Shown: in pieces, positions 1-9,400 of the stretch
How the letters are laid out: each line of letters opens with the position of its first letter
Position numbering within the stretch: position 1 is the first letter of the stretch
Origin: Gemmatimonadaceae bacterium
GTDB lineage: Bacteria > Gemmatimonadota > Gemmatimonadetes > Gemmatimonadales > Gemmatimonadaceae
DNA length: 64,000 nt
Assembly (NCBI GenBank): GCA_035277485.1
Contig: DATEKK010000226.1
Location: forward strand, 28,740-92,739
Reading direction: 5' to 3'
The notes under the pieces: model-generated
Databases searched by the model: none
What the model was told of the DNA's origin: nothing
Seen by the model: only the letters and a program-made list of their open reading frames with translations
Made by a program: the position numbers and the translations under genes

Positions 1-757
1 AGAAATACACCACCATCCCTTTCGTTACGTTAGGCACGATCGCATCCAGGTCTTCCGCCCGCGCGCGCACGCTGCCCGGCATGGTGTACGACGAGTCGTC
101 GAGCGGCCCGTTCGTCGGCAGCGAATAGATCACGGTGCCGCCGTCCAGGACGATTGCCACGGGACCCAGCGCCTTGGTGAGCTTGCGCCGCGCTTCCGGG
201 GGCGGCGCGAGCCCGCGGTCCGTGTACACCCACTCGGGCACCTCCCACGAATCGCTGTCGCTCAGTACCGCCTGCACCGTGCGCGTCCCGCGCGGGACTG
301 CGAGATGCACCGTATCCGGCGGCGTGCCGATGCGGCGCTCCGGTCCCATACGAATGGGAATCGCGCGCAGGAGCGCGCCCTCGCGCTCGAGGTACATGCG
401 ACTGCTGTCCACCGAGATCGCGAGATGAATGTCCTTGCCCCACCGCGCCTGCCGACGGATCAGCTCCATCACCATCTGCATTCGCTTCGTGCGCGAGCTC
501 AGGATCGCATCCGCGCGCTGCCGCTCGGCGTCGTCCATTCCCGCGCGCAGGCGCACCGTTTCTGCCTCGTATCGTCCCCGCTTGTACACGAGCCATCCGT
601 CCAGTGCACAGCAGGCGATGATGATGAGCACGATCGCCGAGAGCAGGCTGGGATGCTTGCGACGAAATTCGGAGAACGTTGGCTTGGGCGGGACAGGCGG
701 CTCGCGCGGGACGAGCCGCCGGATGGACGGATCGTTCGGGATCTGTGGCGATGTCAC
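1..757 (-). CDS. membrane-anchored YkuD/L,D-transpeptidase-fold-like protein (3' end runs off the window start)
   Basis: Absent from the ORF track because it is open at the window edge. My translation from GTG 757..755 gives VTSPQIPNDPSIRRLVPREPPVPPKPTFSEFRRKHPSLLSAIVLIIIACCALDGWLVYKRG (one TM helix) ... GPVAIVLDGGTVIYSLPTNGP...GSVRARAEDLDAIVPNVTKGMVVYF. It has a GTGA overlap with the upstream gene. The fold call is by resemblance only, and the catalytic His/Cys are not evident. Confidence 0.45.
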   Translation of the reverse strand, partial: MTSPQIPNDPSIRRLVPREPPVPPKPTFSEFRRKHPSLLSAIVLIIIACCALDGWLVYKRGRYEAETVRLRAGMDDAERQRADAILSSRTKRMQMVMELIRRQARWGKDIHLAISVDSSRMYLEREGALLRAIPIRMGPERRIGTPPDTVHLAVPRGTRTVQAVLSDSDSWEVPEWVYTDRGLAPPPEARRKLTKALGPVAIVLDGGTVIYSLPTNGPLDDSSYTMPGSVRARAEDLDAIVPNVTKGMVVYF

Positions 758-1857
758 CGGGCTACGATGCTGAGCACGTCGAGTAACGGTACTCCTGAAG
801 GTTCACTGCGTCCTGCGCGCACACGAGCCGTCACCGTGATCGCCGTGAGCGGATCGATGCGTTTGGCTTGATCGACGAGCGATGAGGGCAGAGCCAGATA
901 CAGCAAGGAATTCTCCTGGCCCGGGCCGCGCGCCAAAATGTACGGCTCGTCGGGCGCCATCCCCTTCCGAAGCGGGTCGGCCGTTTCCACGGCGATCTTC
1001 TGCACCACCCAGCGAACCACCTGTCCGCGATAACGATCGGGCTGCGAACGGAGATCGGCCGCGCTGATCGTGGTGAGCACCGTGCTGTCCGATGGACCCA
1101 GATCCTGCGCTCGCACCCACCCTTCGACCTGCACCCGTACCCATCCGCGGTCGCGCGCGACGGCGGTGACCCGCGCGCTCGAATCGATGGTGCCGAGGCT
1201 TCCGGCATCGGGCGCCATGTAGAGCGTGGTGCGCCGAGCGAGCGCCAGCGCGGTCACAGCCTGCGTCGCGCTATCCGGCGTCACATCACCCTCGGCCACG
1301 GCGGTCGTGTCGCCAGATGACTTTGTCGCAGGCGGCGCGTGACGCGCCACTGTCGTCGGGGCCGCGGGAGCCAGTCGCGCGGCCGGCTTCTTTGCGGCCT
1401 CGCGCCGTTTCGAGGCAACGGTAGGTTCGCTCGCGCGCAACGCGCTCGCCATCAACCACCCGGTGCGACGCACCCGGATCCATTCGCCGCGCGTGCTCAC
1501 CTTGGTGAGGCCGCTGCCGTCGGCCATGAGTGCTATCACCCGTCCCGATCGCGAGGGTGTGCTTCTCAGAAATGCGCCGCCGTCGGCATTGACCGAGATC
1601 GAGTAGCTCCCTTGACGCCCGCCGACCACGCTGCGGTGTACATACCCCTCCAGCGTCACCTTCGACCATCCGCGTTGAGTTGTACTCGTCGACACGGATG
1701 CGCCGGACCGCACTTGGGCGACGGCACTGGCGTTGGGCGCGGAGCGCAATGCGGTTTGCGATGTCACCGTGGACTGCGCAACGAGACACACCGGCGCGAG
1801 CATCAGCCCGGCGATCCAACTGGCGTGAATCGCTGGATGGGGCGTGTGAGGGCGCAT
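754..1857 (-). CDS. secreted protein with three bacterial SH3-like repeats
   Basis: ORF 754..1914. The ATG at 1857 precedes a signal-like segment IAGLMLAPVCLVAQS. There are three repeats ending GWSKVTLEGYV, GEWIRVRRTGWL and GWVRVQVEGWV. The start is uncertain. Confidence 0.55.
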   Translation of the reverse strand: MRPHTPHPAIHASWIAGLMLAPVCLVAQSTVTSQTALRSAPNASAVAQVRSGASVSTSTTQRGWSKVTLEGYVHRSVVGGRQGSYSISVNADGGAFLRSTPSRSGRVIALMADGSGLTKVSTRGEWIRVRRTGWLMASALRASEPTVASKRREAAKKPAARLAPAAPTTVARHAPPATKSSGDTTAVAEGDVTPDSATQAVTALALARRTTLYMAPDAGSLGTIDSSARVTAVARDRGWVRVQVEGWVRAQDLGPSDSTVLTTISAADLRSQPDRYRGQVVRWVVQKIAVETADPLRKGMAPDEPYILARGPGQENSLLYLALPSSLVDQAKRIDPLTAITVTARVRAGRSEPSGVPLLDVLSIVAR

Positions 1858-1916
1858 ACATTTTGGTCGGCGCACGGCGCGCCGCAGTATACTCTTAAGT
1901 CTCAACACGGGCAAAG

Positions 1917-3491
1917 ATGGCGACAGAGGGGAAGAAGCGGCCGGTGGTGCTGATAGTCCTCGACGGTTGGGGCTATCGCGCCGAACGCGAAGGGAACGCC
2001 ATCGCGATGGCCCGAACTCCCACCTGGGACGCCCTCTGGAGAGGGCATCCGCGGACCTTGCTCGAGGCCTCGGGTTTGGCCGTGGGACTGCCGCGCGGTC
2101 AGATGGGCAACAGCGAAGTCGGGCATCTCAACTTGGGTGCGGGACGTGTTGTCCCGCAAGACATTGTCCGCATCGACGCCGCTATCCAAAGCGGCGACTT
2201 TTTTCGCAACGAGGTCTTCGTCGATCTCTGTCGCGAAACAAAGAAACGATCCGCTACCCTGCATCTCGTTGGGCTGATCGGCTCGGGCGGCGTGCACGCG
2301 GTCGACCGGCACCTGTTCGCGATCATCGACCTCGCGTCCAAGCTCGAGGTACCTCGCGTGGCCATCCACGCCCTACTCGATGGCCGCGACACCATGCCCC
2401 GCTCCGCACTGCGCTACATGGAGGAGACGCTCACGCACGCGTCGCGTAAAGCGGTGGTCGCATCGTTGGGCGGACGGTACTACGGCATGGATCGCGACAA
2501 GAGGTGGGATCGCACCAAGCTCTGGTACGACGCCATGGCGTTGGGTGTCGGACCGCAGGCCGAAGACCCCGTGGCCGCCATTCGCGCCGCGTACGACCGT
2601 GGCGAAAGCGACGAGTTCGTCAAGCCGGTGGTGATTGCCAAGCACGGCAACCCGGTCGCGCCCATGCGCGATGGCGATGGTGTGATCTTCTTCAACTATC
2701 GGGCAGACCGCATGCGGCAGCTCGTGCGCGCGGTCACGAACCCGGACTTCGACGCCTTCGAGATCGACAAGCGGCCTGCCGTAAACGCCGCGTCGATGAC
2801 GATGTACGATGAGACGTTCACGATTCCGGTCGCATTCCCGCCGCTCGTGCTCTCGCAGATCGTCGCCGAGGTGCTCGCCGAGCACGGACGCACGCAGTTC
2901 CGGACGGCCGAAACCGAGAAGTACGCGCACGTGACCTACTTCTTCAATGGCGGCTTCGAGTCGCCGTATCGCGGTGAAATACGCGAGCTCGTCCCCAGTC
3001 AAAAGGTGGCAACGTACGACCTCGCGCCGGAGATGAGTGCCAAACCCGTGACCGATGTGCTCTGCCGCGCCATTCGGTCGCGCGAACACGATTTCATTCT
3101 GTGCAATTACGCCAACGGCGACATGGTCGGGCACACCGGCGTAATTCCGGCCGCCATCACCGCGGTCGAAACCGTGGACACGTGCTTAGGCCGCGTGCTC
3201 ACGGCAGCCGATGAGGTGGGCGCTCGTCTGATCGTGACCGCCGATCACGGCAACTGTGAAATGATGATCGACCCCGAAACCGGCGGCCCGCACACGGCGC
3301 ACACAACGAACCCGGTTCCGCTCATCGTGATCGACCCCGACGGCGAGCGGCCCTTGCGCGGCGGCGGTGCGTTAGGCGACGTCGGTCCAACGCTGCTCAC
3401 CATGCTCGGCCTCGAGCCGCCGCCCGAAATGACCGGGCGTGACTTGCGGCAGGCGCACTCCCAGACACTTCCTGCAGGAGCTCATCCGTGA
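1917..3491 (+). CDS. gpmI: 2,3-bisphosphoglycerate-independent phosphoglycerate mutase
   Basis: 524 aa. Contains VVLIVLDGWGYR, GQMGNSEVGHLNLGAGR and ADHGNCE motifs typical of iPGM along the full length. Confidence 0.95.
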   Translation: MATEGKKRPVVLIVLDGWGYRAEREGNAIAMARTPTWDALWRGHPRTLLEASGLAVGLPRGQMGNSEVGHLNLGAGRVVPQDIVRIDAAIQSGDFFRNEVFVDLCRETKKRSATLHLVGLIGSGGVHAVDRHLFAIIDLASKLEVPRVAIHALLDGRDTMPRSALRYMEETLTHASRKAVVASLGGRYYGMDRDKRWDRTKLWYDAMALGVGPQAEDPVAAIRAAYDRGESDEFVKPVVIAKHGNPVAPMRDGDGVIFFNYRADRMRQLVRAVTNPDFDAFEIDKRPAVNAASMTMYDETFTIPVAFPPLVLSQIVAEVLAEHGRTQFRTAETEKYAHVTYFFNGGFESPYRGEIRELVPSQKVATYDLAPEMSAKPVTDVLCRAIRSREHDFILCNYANGDMVGHTGVIPAAITAVETVDTCLGRVLTAADEVGARLIVTADHGNCEMMIDPETGGPHTAHTTNPVPLIVIDPDGERPLRGGGALGDVGPTLLTMLGLEPPPEMTGRDLRQAHSQTLPAGAHP

Positions 3492-4186
3492 CGCGTACCT
3501 GCGCGTTCGTTTCGTTAGCCGCACTCGCTGCATTGGCGACGGCGGCGCCGGCGCAGGTCGGATATCCTCCCTCCGCCAGCCCGTATCAGGATTTTTCCAA
3601 CAAGCAGGAGTTCACGCTCTACAGCGGCTATTTCACGGGCGCCACCGGACGCGCCGGCGTCGGACCGCAAGGCGGCGCGATGCTCGGCGTGCGGTACGGG
3701 CTCAAGTTAGGCGGACCGGTGGAGCTCGTCGCGCACGTCGCGCGCGTGTTTACGCAGCGCGACGTCATCTCGCCCGGGTTGCTCGGCCCGGCGCGCGACC
3801 TCGGGAATTTCTCGCTGCCCCTCTACCTGGGCGACGTCGGACTCGCCTTCAACATGACGGGCGCCAAGAGCTGGCATCACCTGATCCCGACGTTCGGATT
3901 TGGCGGCGGTGTCGTGTCCGACGCCGGGACCAACAGGGACGTTGGCGGATTCCGCATCGGAACGCCCTTCGCCATCACGTTCGGGGCGGGCATTCGCTAC
4001 GTGCCCGGCGGCAACTGGTCCGTGCGCGCCGAGCTCGCCGATTACATGTATCAGGCGCAGTATCCCAATTCGTATTTCACCGCGCCGCCCGGCGGCAAAT
4101 CGGTGCTGCCGCCGTCGTCGGCGCAGAACCAGTGGCTCCATAACGGCGCGCTGACGTTAGGCATCTCGTATCTCATCGGCCGCTGA
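3488..4186 (+). CDS. secreted hypothetical protein, possibly an outer-membrane beta-barrel
   Basis: GTG start overlaps the gpmI stop (GTGA). Signal peptide CAFVSLAALAALATAAPAQ. The body is Gly/aromatic-rich with an alternating pattern. No family recognised. Confidence 0.4.
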   Translation: MTRTCAFVSLAALAALATAAPAQVGYPPSASPYQDFSNKQEFTLYSGYFTGATGRAGVGPQGGAMLGVRYGLKLGGPVELVAHVARVFTQRDVISPGLLGPARDLGNFSLPLYLGDVGLAFNMTGAKSWHHLIPTFGFGGGVVSDAGTNRDVGGFRIGTPFAITFGAGIRYVPGGNWSVRAELADYMYQAQYPNSYFTAPPGGKSVLPPSSAQNQWLHNGALTLGISYLIGR

Positions 4187-4202
4187 GGCCGGCTCGTCGC
4201 GC

Positions 4203-4631
4203 ATGCCTGGTTCCAAAGCCCAGCTCAGTCGCCGCGTGGAGTTTGCCGCGGCGCACCGGTACCGGCGCCCCGACTGGAGCGATGAACGCAACCGCGCGGT
4301 GTTCGGCCCGTGCGCGAATCCGAATTTCCACGGGCACGATTATACCTGCACCGTCACCGTCCGCGGCGTAATCGACGAGACCACGGGCATGATCGTGGAT
4401 CTCGGCGCGCTCGATCGCATTCTGGACGACGAAATCACGTCGCGCTTCGACCACCACAACATCAACCTCGACGTGCCCGAGTTCGCCGACGGGCGCCTCG
4501 TCCCGACGGGCGAGAACATCGCGCGATTCATCTTCGAGCGCGTGGAGCCGCGGCTGCCCGCGGGCGTCGAGCTCGTGCGCGTGGACCTCGCCGAGGACGA
4601 CACGCTGTCGGCGACGGTCGACGCGCGTTAG
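4203..4631 (+). CDS. queD: 6-carboxy-5,6,7,8-tetrahydropterin synthase / 6-pyruvoyl-tetrahydropterin synthase family
   Basis: 142 aa. Contains FAAAHRY, CANPNFHGHDY (Cys-x3-His-Gly-His) and TGMIVDLGALD. Confidence 0.85.
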   Translation: MPGSKAQLSRRVEFAAAHRYRRPDWSDERNRAVFGPCANPNFHGHDYTCTVTVRGVIDETTGMIVDLGALDRILDDEITSRFDHHNINLDVPEFADGRLVPTGENIARFIFERVEPRLPAGVELVRVDLAEDDTLSATVDAR

Positions 4632-4638
4632 GCGCATC

Positions 4639-5292
4639 GTGCGCGCCGGCGGCTGCACCGGCGTGATCCTGGCCGGCGGACAGGCGCGCCGCTACGGGGG
4701 CGCGCCGAAAGGACTCGAGCGCATCGGCGGACACCGCATCATCGATCGTGTCGCGCGGGTACTCGCCGCCGCAGCCGATGGGCTGCTGCTCGTCGCCAAC
4801 GATCCAGACGCGGACTCGTGGCTGCCCGGGGTACCCGTCGCCGCCGACGTGCGGCCGGGAAACGGCAGCTTGGGCGGCATACACGCCGCGCTCACCTACG
4901 CCGCGAAACCCGTCCTCGTCGTCGCATGGGACATGCCCTTTGTTCCGGCCGCGCTCCTCGCCGAGCTGCGGACCCTCGGCCGCGGAGCGGACGTCGCCGT
5001 ACCGGAAAGTGCGTCGACGCGTGGTGTCGAGCCGCTGTGCGCGTATTATGATCCAACGTGCATTGGACCCATCGAGCGTCACCTCGACGCGGGCGACCGT
5101 CGTGTCGTCGGATTCTACGATGATGTGCGCGTGGCGAGGATGCCGGATCTCCAAGTCCGGCGCTTCGGCGATCCCGCGCTGATGTTCCTGAACGTGAATT
5201 CCCCGGACGAGCTCGTGCTCGCGGAGCGACATGCCGCACGCATCGACGACGCCGCCGATGGTGGCGATCATCGGACGCAAGCACCACGGTAA
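4639..5292 (+). CDS. mobA: molybdenum cofactor guanylyltransferase
   Basis: GTG start. Contains GVILAGGQARRYGGAPKGLERIGG. Size and position next to mobB fit MobA. Confidence 0.8.
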   Translation: MRAGGCTGVILAGGQARRYGGAPKGLERIGGHRIIDRVARVLAAAADGLLLVANDPDADSWLPGVPVAADVRPGNGSLGGIHAALTYAAKPVLVVAWDMPFVPAALLAELRTLGRGADVAVPESASTRGVEPLCAYYDPTCIGPIERHLDAGDRRVVGFYDDVRVARMPDLQVRRFGDPALMFLNVNSPDELVLAERHAARIDDAADGGDHRTQAPR

Positions 5293-5794
5293 GACGACCC
5301 TCACGGTTCGTCTCGCCGCCGAGCTGCACCGCCGCGGGTATCGCGTGATGACCATCAAGCACGGCTCGCACACCTTCGACATCGACCCCGAAACGACCGA
5401 CACCTACCGCCACTACCACGAGGGACACGCCGAGAAAGTCGCGATGGCGGCGCCGGATAAATTCGCGCTCATCGAACGATGGGTCGCCGAGTTGGATCCG
5501 GAAGAAATCGCGCGCCGCTATATGGCCGACGCGGACATCGTGTTGTGCGAAGGGTTCAAGCAATCAGCGGTACCGAAAATCGAGGTGTTCCGCGCGGCCG
5601 CGGCCAAAGATGAACGCGTGCCGCTGTACGATCCTGCATCGCCGCAGGCTTCCAAGTACCTCGCCATCGTCACCGACACACCAGTCGACGCGCAAAGCGT
5701 GCAGCAAATCTCTTTGGCTGCGCCCGAATGGTTGGAGGCGGTGGTCGATCTCATTGAGCGCCGTGTGATGCGGCGCGGGAGTGATTCTCGATGA
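5258..5794 (+). CDS. mobB: molybdopterin-guanine dinucleotide biosynthesis adapter protein
   Basis: P-loop VAIIGRKHHGKTTL followed by a MobB-like body. An alternative ATG lies at 5231. Either start overlaps the mobA 3' end. Confidence 0.8.
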   Translation: MVAIIGRKHHGKTTLTVRLAAELHRRGYRVMTIKHGSHTFDIDPETTDTYRHYHEGHAEKVAMAAPDKFALIERWVAELDPEEIARRYMADADIVLCEGFKQSAVPKIEVFRAAAAKDERVPLYDPASPQASKYLAIVTDTPVDAQSVQQISLAAPEWLEAVVDLIERRVMRRGSDSR

Positions 5795-7398
5795 AGGTGT
5801 GTCGCATGCCCGCGATGGTCGCGGGACTCGTCGCTCTGGGATGCGCCTCGGGCGGATCCCATCCCAAGCCGGCGCCGCAGCCGGCCGCGCTGCCCGCATC
5901 GCAGATGGCCACGAGCCAGGCGCCGCCGTCGCCCGTCGCCGTGCTGCGCACGAGCATCGATTCGCTCATCGCCGATTCGGTGTTCCGCAACGCGAACTGG
6001 GGCATCCTCATCGTCGACCCGGATCGCGGCGACACACTCTATTCGCACAACGCGGGCAAGTTGTTCATGCCCGCGTCGAACATGAAGGTGATCACCGGGT
6101 CTGTCGCGTTGGCTCAGTTAGGCCCGAACTTTCAGTTCCACACCACGTTCGTGGCCGACGGCCCCGTCTGCGACGGCACCCTGCACGGCGATCTCGTCGT
6201 GAACGGCCGCGGTGATCCGAGCGAAAGCGACGCGATGCGCGGCGACGCGCTGTCCGCGATGCGCGACATCGCCGACTCGCTCCGCGCGCACGGCATCACG
6301 CGCGTCGTCGGACAGGTGCTCAACGGATTCGACGCGTTCCCCGGCCCGACGCTCGGCTACGGCTGGTCATGGGACGACCTCGACGCGTCGTATAGCGCGG
6401 GCGTCGACGAATTGTTCTTCAACGAAGGCGCGGCGCGCGTCTTGATCCGCGGCGCCCGCAACCCCGGCGGCAAAGTGAGCGTCACGGTGTTGCCCACCTC
6501 GCGATATCCCGCCGTGCACGTTGCGGCGATTACCGAGTTTCCGCCCGAGTCGCTCGCGTCGGGCAGCGGCGGTCGTCGTCGGTTCACGCGCATGCAGGGC
6601 GAGCTGCACACGTCGCTCGACACGCTCACGGGATCGGTCACGCTGGCCGGCTGGATCGCACCCGATGCCGTCGACACCATGGACGTGGTGTATCCCGACC
6701 AGAACACGGCGTATCTCGAGGCGCTCCGCGGCGCACTGATCGAGCGAGGCGTGGCGCTCAAGGACGTGAAAGAGCGCAAACGGTTAGGCGGCTGCGGCCA
6801 CGGTGCGCGCGCGACGGAGCCGGTGTCCGACACGCTGTTCACGTATCTCTCGCCGCCTCTCCGCGACGTGCTCCGCGCGATGGCCAAGCCCTCGCAGAAC
6901 CAGATCGCCGAGATCCTGCTGCGCACGATCGGCCTCGAGAAAGCCGGATCAGGCACGGCCGACAGCGGCATCGCCGTCGTGCGCCGTCAACTCCTCGCCT
7001 GGAACGTGCAGCCGGATGGTTTCGTGCAACGCGATGGCAGCGGACTCTCACGCTACGACTATCTCACGCCCGAAACGCTCGTGCGCGTGCTGGCGAGCAT
7101 CCGCAAGGACACCGCGTTCAACGCGTTCTACGACGCGTTGCCCATTGCCGGCGTCGACGGAACGATCGGCAACCGGATGCGCGACACACCGGCACAGGGC
7201 AACGTGCACGCCAAGACCGGATTCGTCGCCAATGCGCGATCGCTCAGCGGCTACGTGACCACCGCCGATGGACACATGCTCATCTTCAGCGCGCTGTGCA
7301 ACAACTGGACGACGTCGGTGCGCGAGATCGAGCGGGTGCAGGATGCGATCGCGGTCGACTTGGCGTCGATGCATCTGGCCGGCGCGACGACGCCCTAG
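5791..7398 (+). CDS. dacB: D-alanyl-D-alanine carboxypeptidase/endopeptidase (PBP4 family, S13)
   Basis: ATGA overlap with mobB. Lipoprotein-like N-terminus. SxxK motif ASNMKVITG, a C-terminal KTGF motif, and PBP4-like length of 535 aa. Confidence 0.85.
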   Translation: MKVCRMPAMVAGLVALGCASGGSHPKPAPQPAALPASQMATSQAPPSPVAVLRTSIDSLIADSVFRNANWGILIVDPDRGDTLYSHNAGKLFMPASNMKVITGSVALAQLGPNFQFHTTFVADGPVCDGTLHGDLVVNGRGDPSESDAMRGDALSAMRDIADSLRAHGITRVVGQVLNGFDAFPGPTLGYGWSWDDLDASYSAGVDELFFNEGAARVLIRGARNPGGKVSVTVLPTSRYPAVHVAAITEFPPESLASGSGGRRRFTRMQGELHTSLDTLTGSVTLAGWIAPDAVDTMDVVYPDQNTAYLEALRGALIERGVALKDVKERKRLGGCGHGARATEPVSDTLFTYLSPPLRDVLRAMAKPSQNQIAEILLRTIGLEKAGSGTADSGIAVVRRQLLAWNVQPDGFVQRDGSGLSRYDYLTPETLVRVLASIRKDTAFNAFYDALPIAGVDGTIGNRMRDTPAQGNVHAKTGFVANARSLSGYVTTADGHMLIFSALCNNWTTSVREIERVQDAIAVDLASMHLAGATTP

Positions 7399-7399
7399 C

Positions 7400-8650
7400 A
7401 TGCTGTCCGTCGCCGAGGCCGCCGCACGCATCATCGCCGACATCGCTCCGTTAGGCGCCGAGCGCGTCGCGCTGCTCGATTCGTTAGGCAGGGTGCTGGC
7501 GGCCCCGGTCCGGTCGCCGCTCACCCTGCCGGCGTGGGACAACTCGGCCATGGATGGCTACGCGGTCCGTGCGGATGACGTGCGCGACGCGCGCCCCGAC
7601 GCGCCGGTTTCGCTGCGCGTGCTCGAGACCGTGGCCGCAGGCGCCTTCCCGTCGCATCGCGTCGACACCGGTACGGCCACGCGCATCATGACCGGCGCGC
7701 CGATACCGGATGGCGCTGATGGCGTGATCCGCATCGAGGACACCGACGGCGGCACGGCGCACGTCGCCATCCGCGACGCGCGCGACGCGGGCCGCAACGT
7801 CAGGCACCGCGGCGAGGACATTGCCGCGGGCAGCACGGTGTTCGAGCGCGGGCAGCCGGTCGGCCCCGCGCAGGTGGGCGTCCTCGCGTCGATCGGCGCC
7901 GCCACCGTGGATGTGTACCGCCGCCCGCGGGTCGCGTTCTTCGGCTCGGGCGACGAGATCGTGGATCTCGATGGCCTGCCCGACGCCGTGGCCGGCCGCA
8001 AGGTCCTCACGTCCAACAGCTACACGCTCCACGCGATGATCCGCGCCGCCGGCGCCGAGCCGTTGAACCTGGGGCTCGCGCGCGATGACCCGGGCGAGCT
8101 GCGCGACCGCATCGCGCGCAGCACCGGCTGCGATCTGCTCATCACGTCGGCCGGCATCTCCGCGGGCGCGTTCGACTACGTGCGCGATGTGCTTACTGAG
8201 TTAGGCGTCGAGATGACCGTGTGGAGGGTGCGGATGCGGCCCGGCGCCCCGCTCGGCTTCGGGTGGCTGGGCAACCGGCCCTGGATCGGCCTGCCCGGCA
8301 ACCCGGTGTCGACCATGGTCACCTTCGAGTTGTTCGTGCGGCCCATGTTGCTCCGGATGCTCGGCCATACGCGCATCTACCGGCGTCCGGTGACGGTCAC
8401 GCTCGAGGAACCGATGACGATTACCGGTGCGCTCACGCACTTCCTGCGCGGCATCGTCACCGTCGCCGGAGACGGGACCATGACCGCGCGCCTGTCGGGA
8501 CCGCAAGGCTCGGGCGTGCTCACGTCGATGGCCCGGGCCAACGCGCTGCTCGTCATCCCCGAAGACCGCCCGCGCGTCGAGGCCGGCGAATCGGTGCACG
8601 CGCTGCTGCTCGGCGAAGACGCACAGTCGAGCGCCGTCTTCGCCCTGTGA
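7400..8650 (+). CDS. moeA: molybdopterin molybdenumtransferase
   Basis: Start taken at MLSVAEAAARI, 2 nt after the dacB stop; the ORF-track start at 7268 is an over-extension. Typical MoeA domains are present (PAWDNSAMDGYAV, SGDEI, GNPVS). Confidence 0.9.
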   Translation: MLSVAEAAARIIADIAPLGAERVALLDSLGRVLAAPVRSPLTLPAWDNSAMDGYAVRADDVRDARPDAPVSLRVLETVAAGAFPSHRVDTGTATRIMTGAPIPDGADGVIRIEDTDGGTAHVAIRDARDAGRNVRHRGEDIAAGSTVFERGQPVGPAQVGVLASIGAATVDVYRRPRVAFFGSGDEIVDLDGLPDAVAGRKVLTSNSYTLHAMIRAAGAEPLNLGLARDDPGELRDRIARSTGCDLLITSAGISAGAFDYVRDVLTELGVEMTVWRVRMRPGAPLGFGWLGNRPWIGLPGNPVSTMVTFELFVRPMLLRMLGHTRIYRRPVTVTLEEPMTITGALTHFLRGIVTVAGDGTMTARLSGPQGSGVLTSMARANALLVIPEDRPRVEAGESVHALLLGEDAQSSAVFAL

Positions 8651-9321
8651 TTGCACGCGTCGACGAGGATATCGAGCGGCGTCACGTCTGCGTCAGCCTG
8701 GAGGTCGACGTCGCCGGCAGGCGTGTGACGATCCGCAAGCCGTACTCGATCGACGCGCTCATCGATGCAGAAGATTTCTCGCGCGACGAGCGCCTGCCGT
8801 ACTGGGCCGAGCTGTGGCCCGCCGCGCGCGTCCTGTCCGATGTGCTGGCGCTGGAGTCGGGTGATGGCCGGACCTGTCTCGAGCTCGGCTGCGGCCTGGG
8901 CCTCACGTCCATCGCGGCACTCATGGCCGGGTACGATGTGACCGCCTCCGACTATTACGAGGACGCACTCGCCTTCGCGCGGACCAACGCGCTCCACGCC
9001 GTTGGGCGCGCGCCGGCGACACGTCTCGTCGATTGGCGCGACCTGCCCGGCGATCTCGGCACGTTCGATCGCGTGGTCGCGGCTGACGTGCTCTACGAGC
9101 GAACGTACGGTCCGTTAGTCGCGGGCGCGCTCGACCGGACCTTGCGCGCCGGCGGCATCGCGACGGTTGCCGACCCCGGCCGCGTCGCCGCCGAAGTGTT
9201 CGTGCGCGCATGCGAGGAGCTCGGTCTCGAGCTCACGGCGATGCCGGTTCGCGAATTGAAGGACGGCGCCGCGACGCACCGCGTCCGCCTGCTCGAGCTC
9301 CGGCGCGCCGCCGATCGTTAA
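8647..9321 (+). CDS. class I SAM-dependent methyltransferase (lysine-methyltransferase-like)
   Basis: GTG 8647 overlaps the moeA stop (GTGA). Contains LWPAARVLSD, CLELGCGLGLTSIAA and VVAADVLYE. The ORF-track start at 8221 lies inside moeA. Confidence 0.7.
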   Translation: MIARVDEDIERRHVCVSLEVDVAGRRVTIRKPYSIDALIDAEDFSRDERLPYWAELWPAARVLSDVLALESGDGRTCLELGCGLGLTSIAALMAGYDVTASDYYEDALAFARTNALHAVGRAPATRLVDWRDLPGDLGTFDRVVAADVLYERTYGPLVAGALDRTLRAGGIATVADPGRVAAEVFVRACEELGLELTAMPVRELKDGAATHRVRLLELRRAADR

Positions 9322-9400
9322 GTCGGACAGAGCGCGACAGAGCCTGACTAAGCCGGAGACGGAGTCCGGTTCTGTCCGGCACCGTCTTGCTGTGTCCGCC
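9322..9400. terminator. putative bidirectional terminator between convergent genes
   Basis: GGACAGAG / CGACAGAG direct copies and TTCTGTCC / CTGTGTCC inverted copies flank a CCGGA-N7-TCCGG hairpin. No U-tract. Confidence 0.35.
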
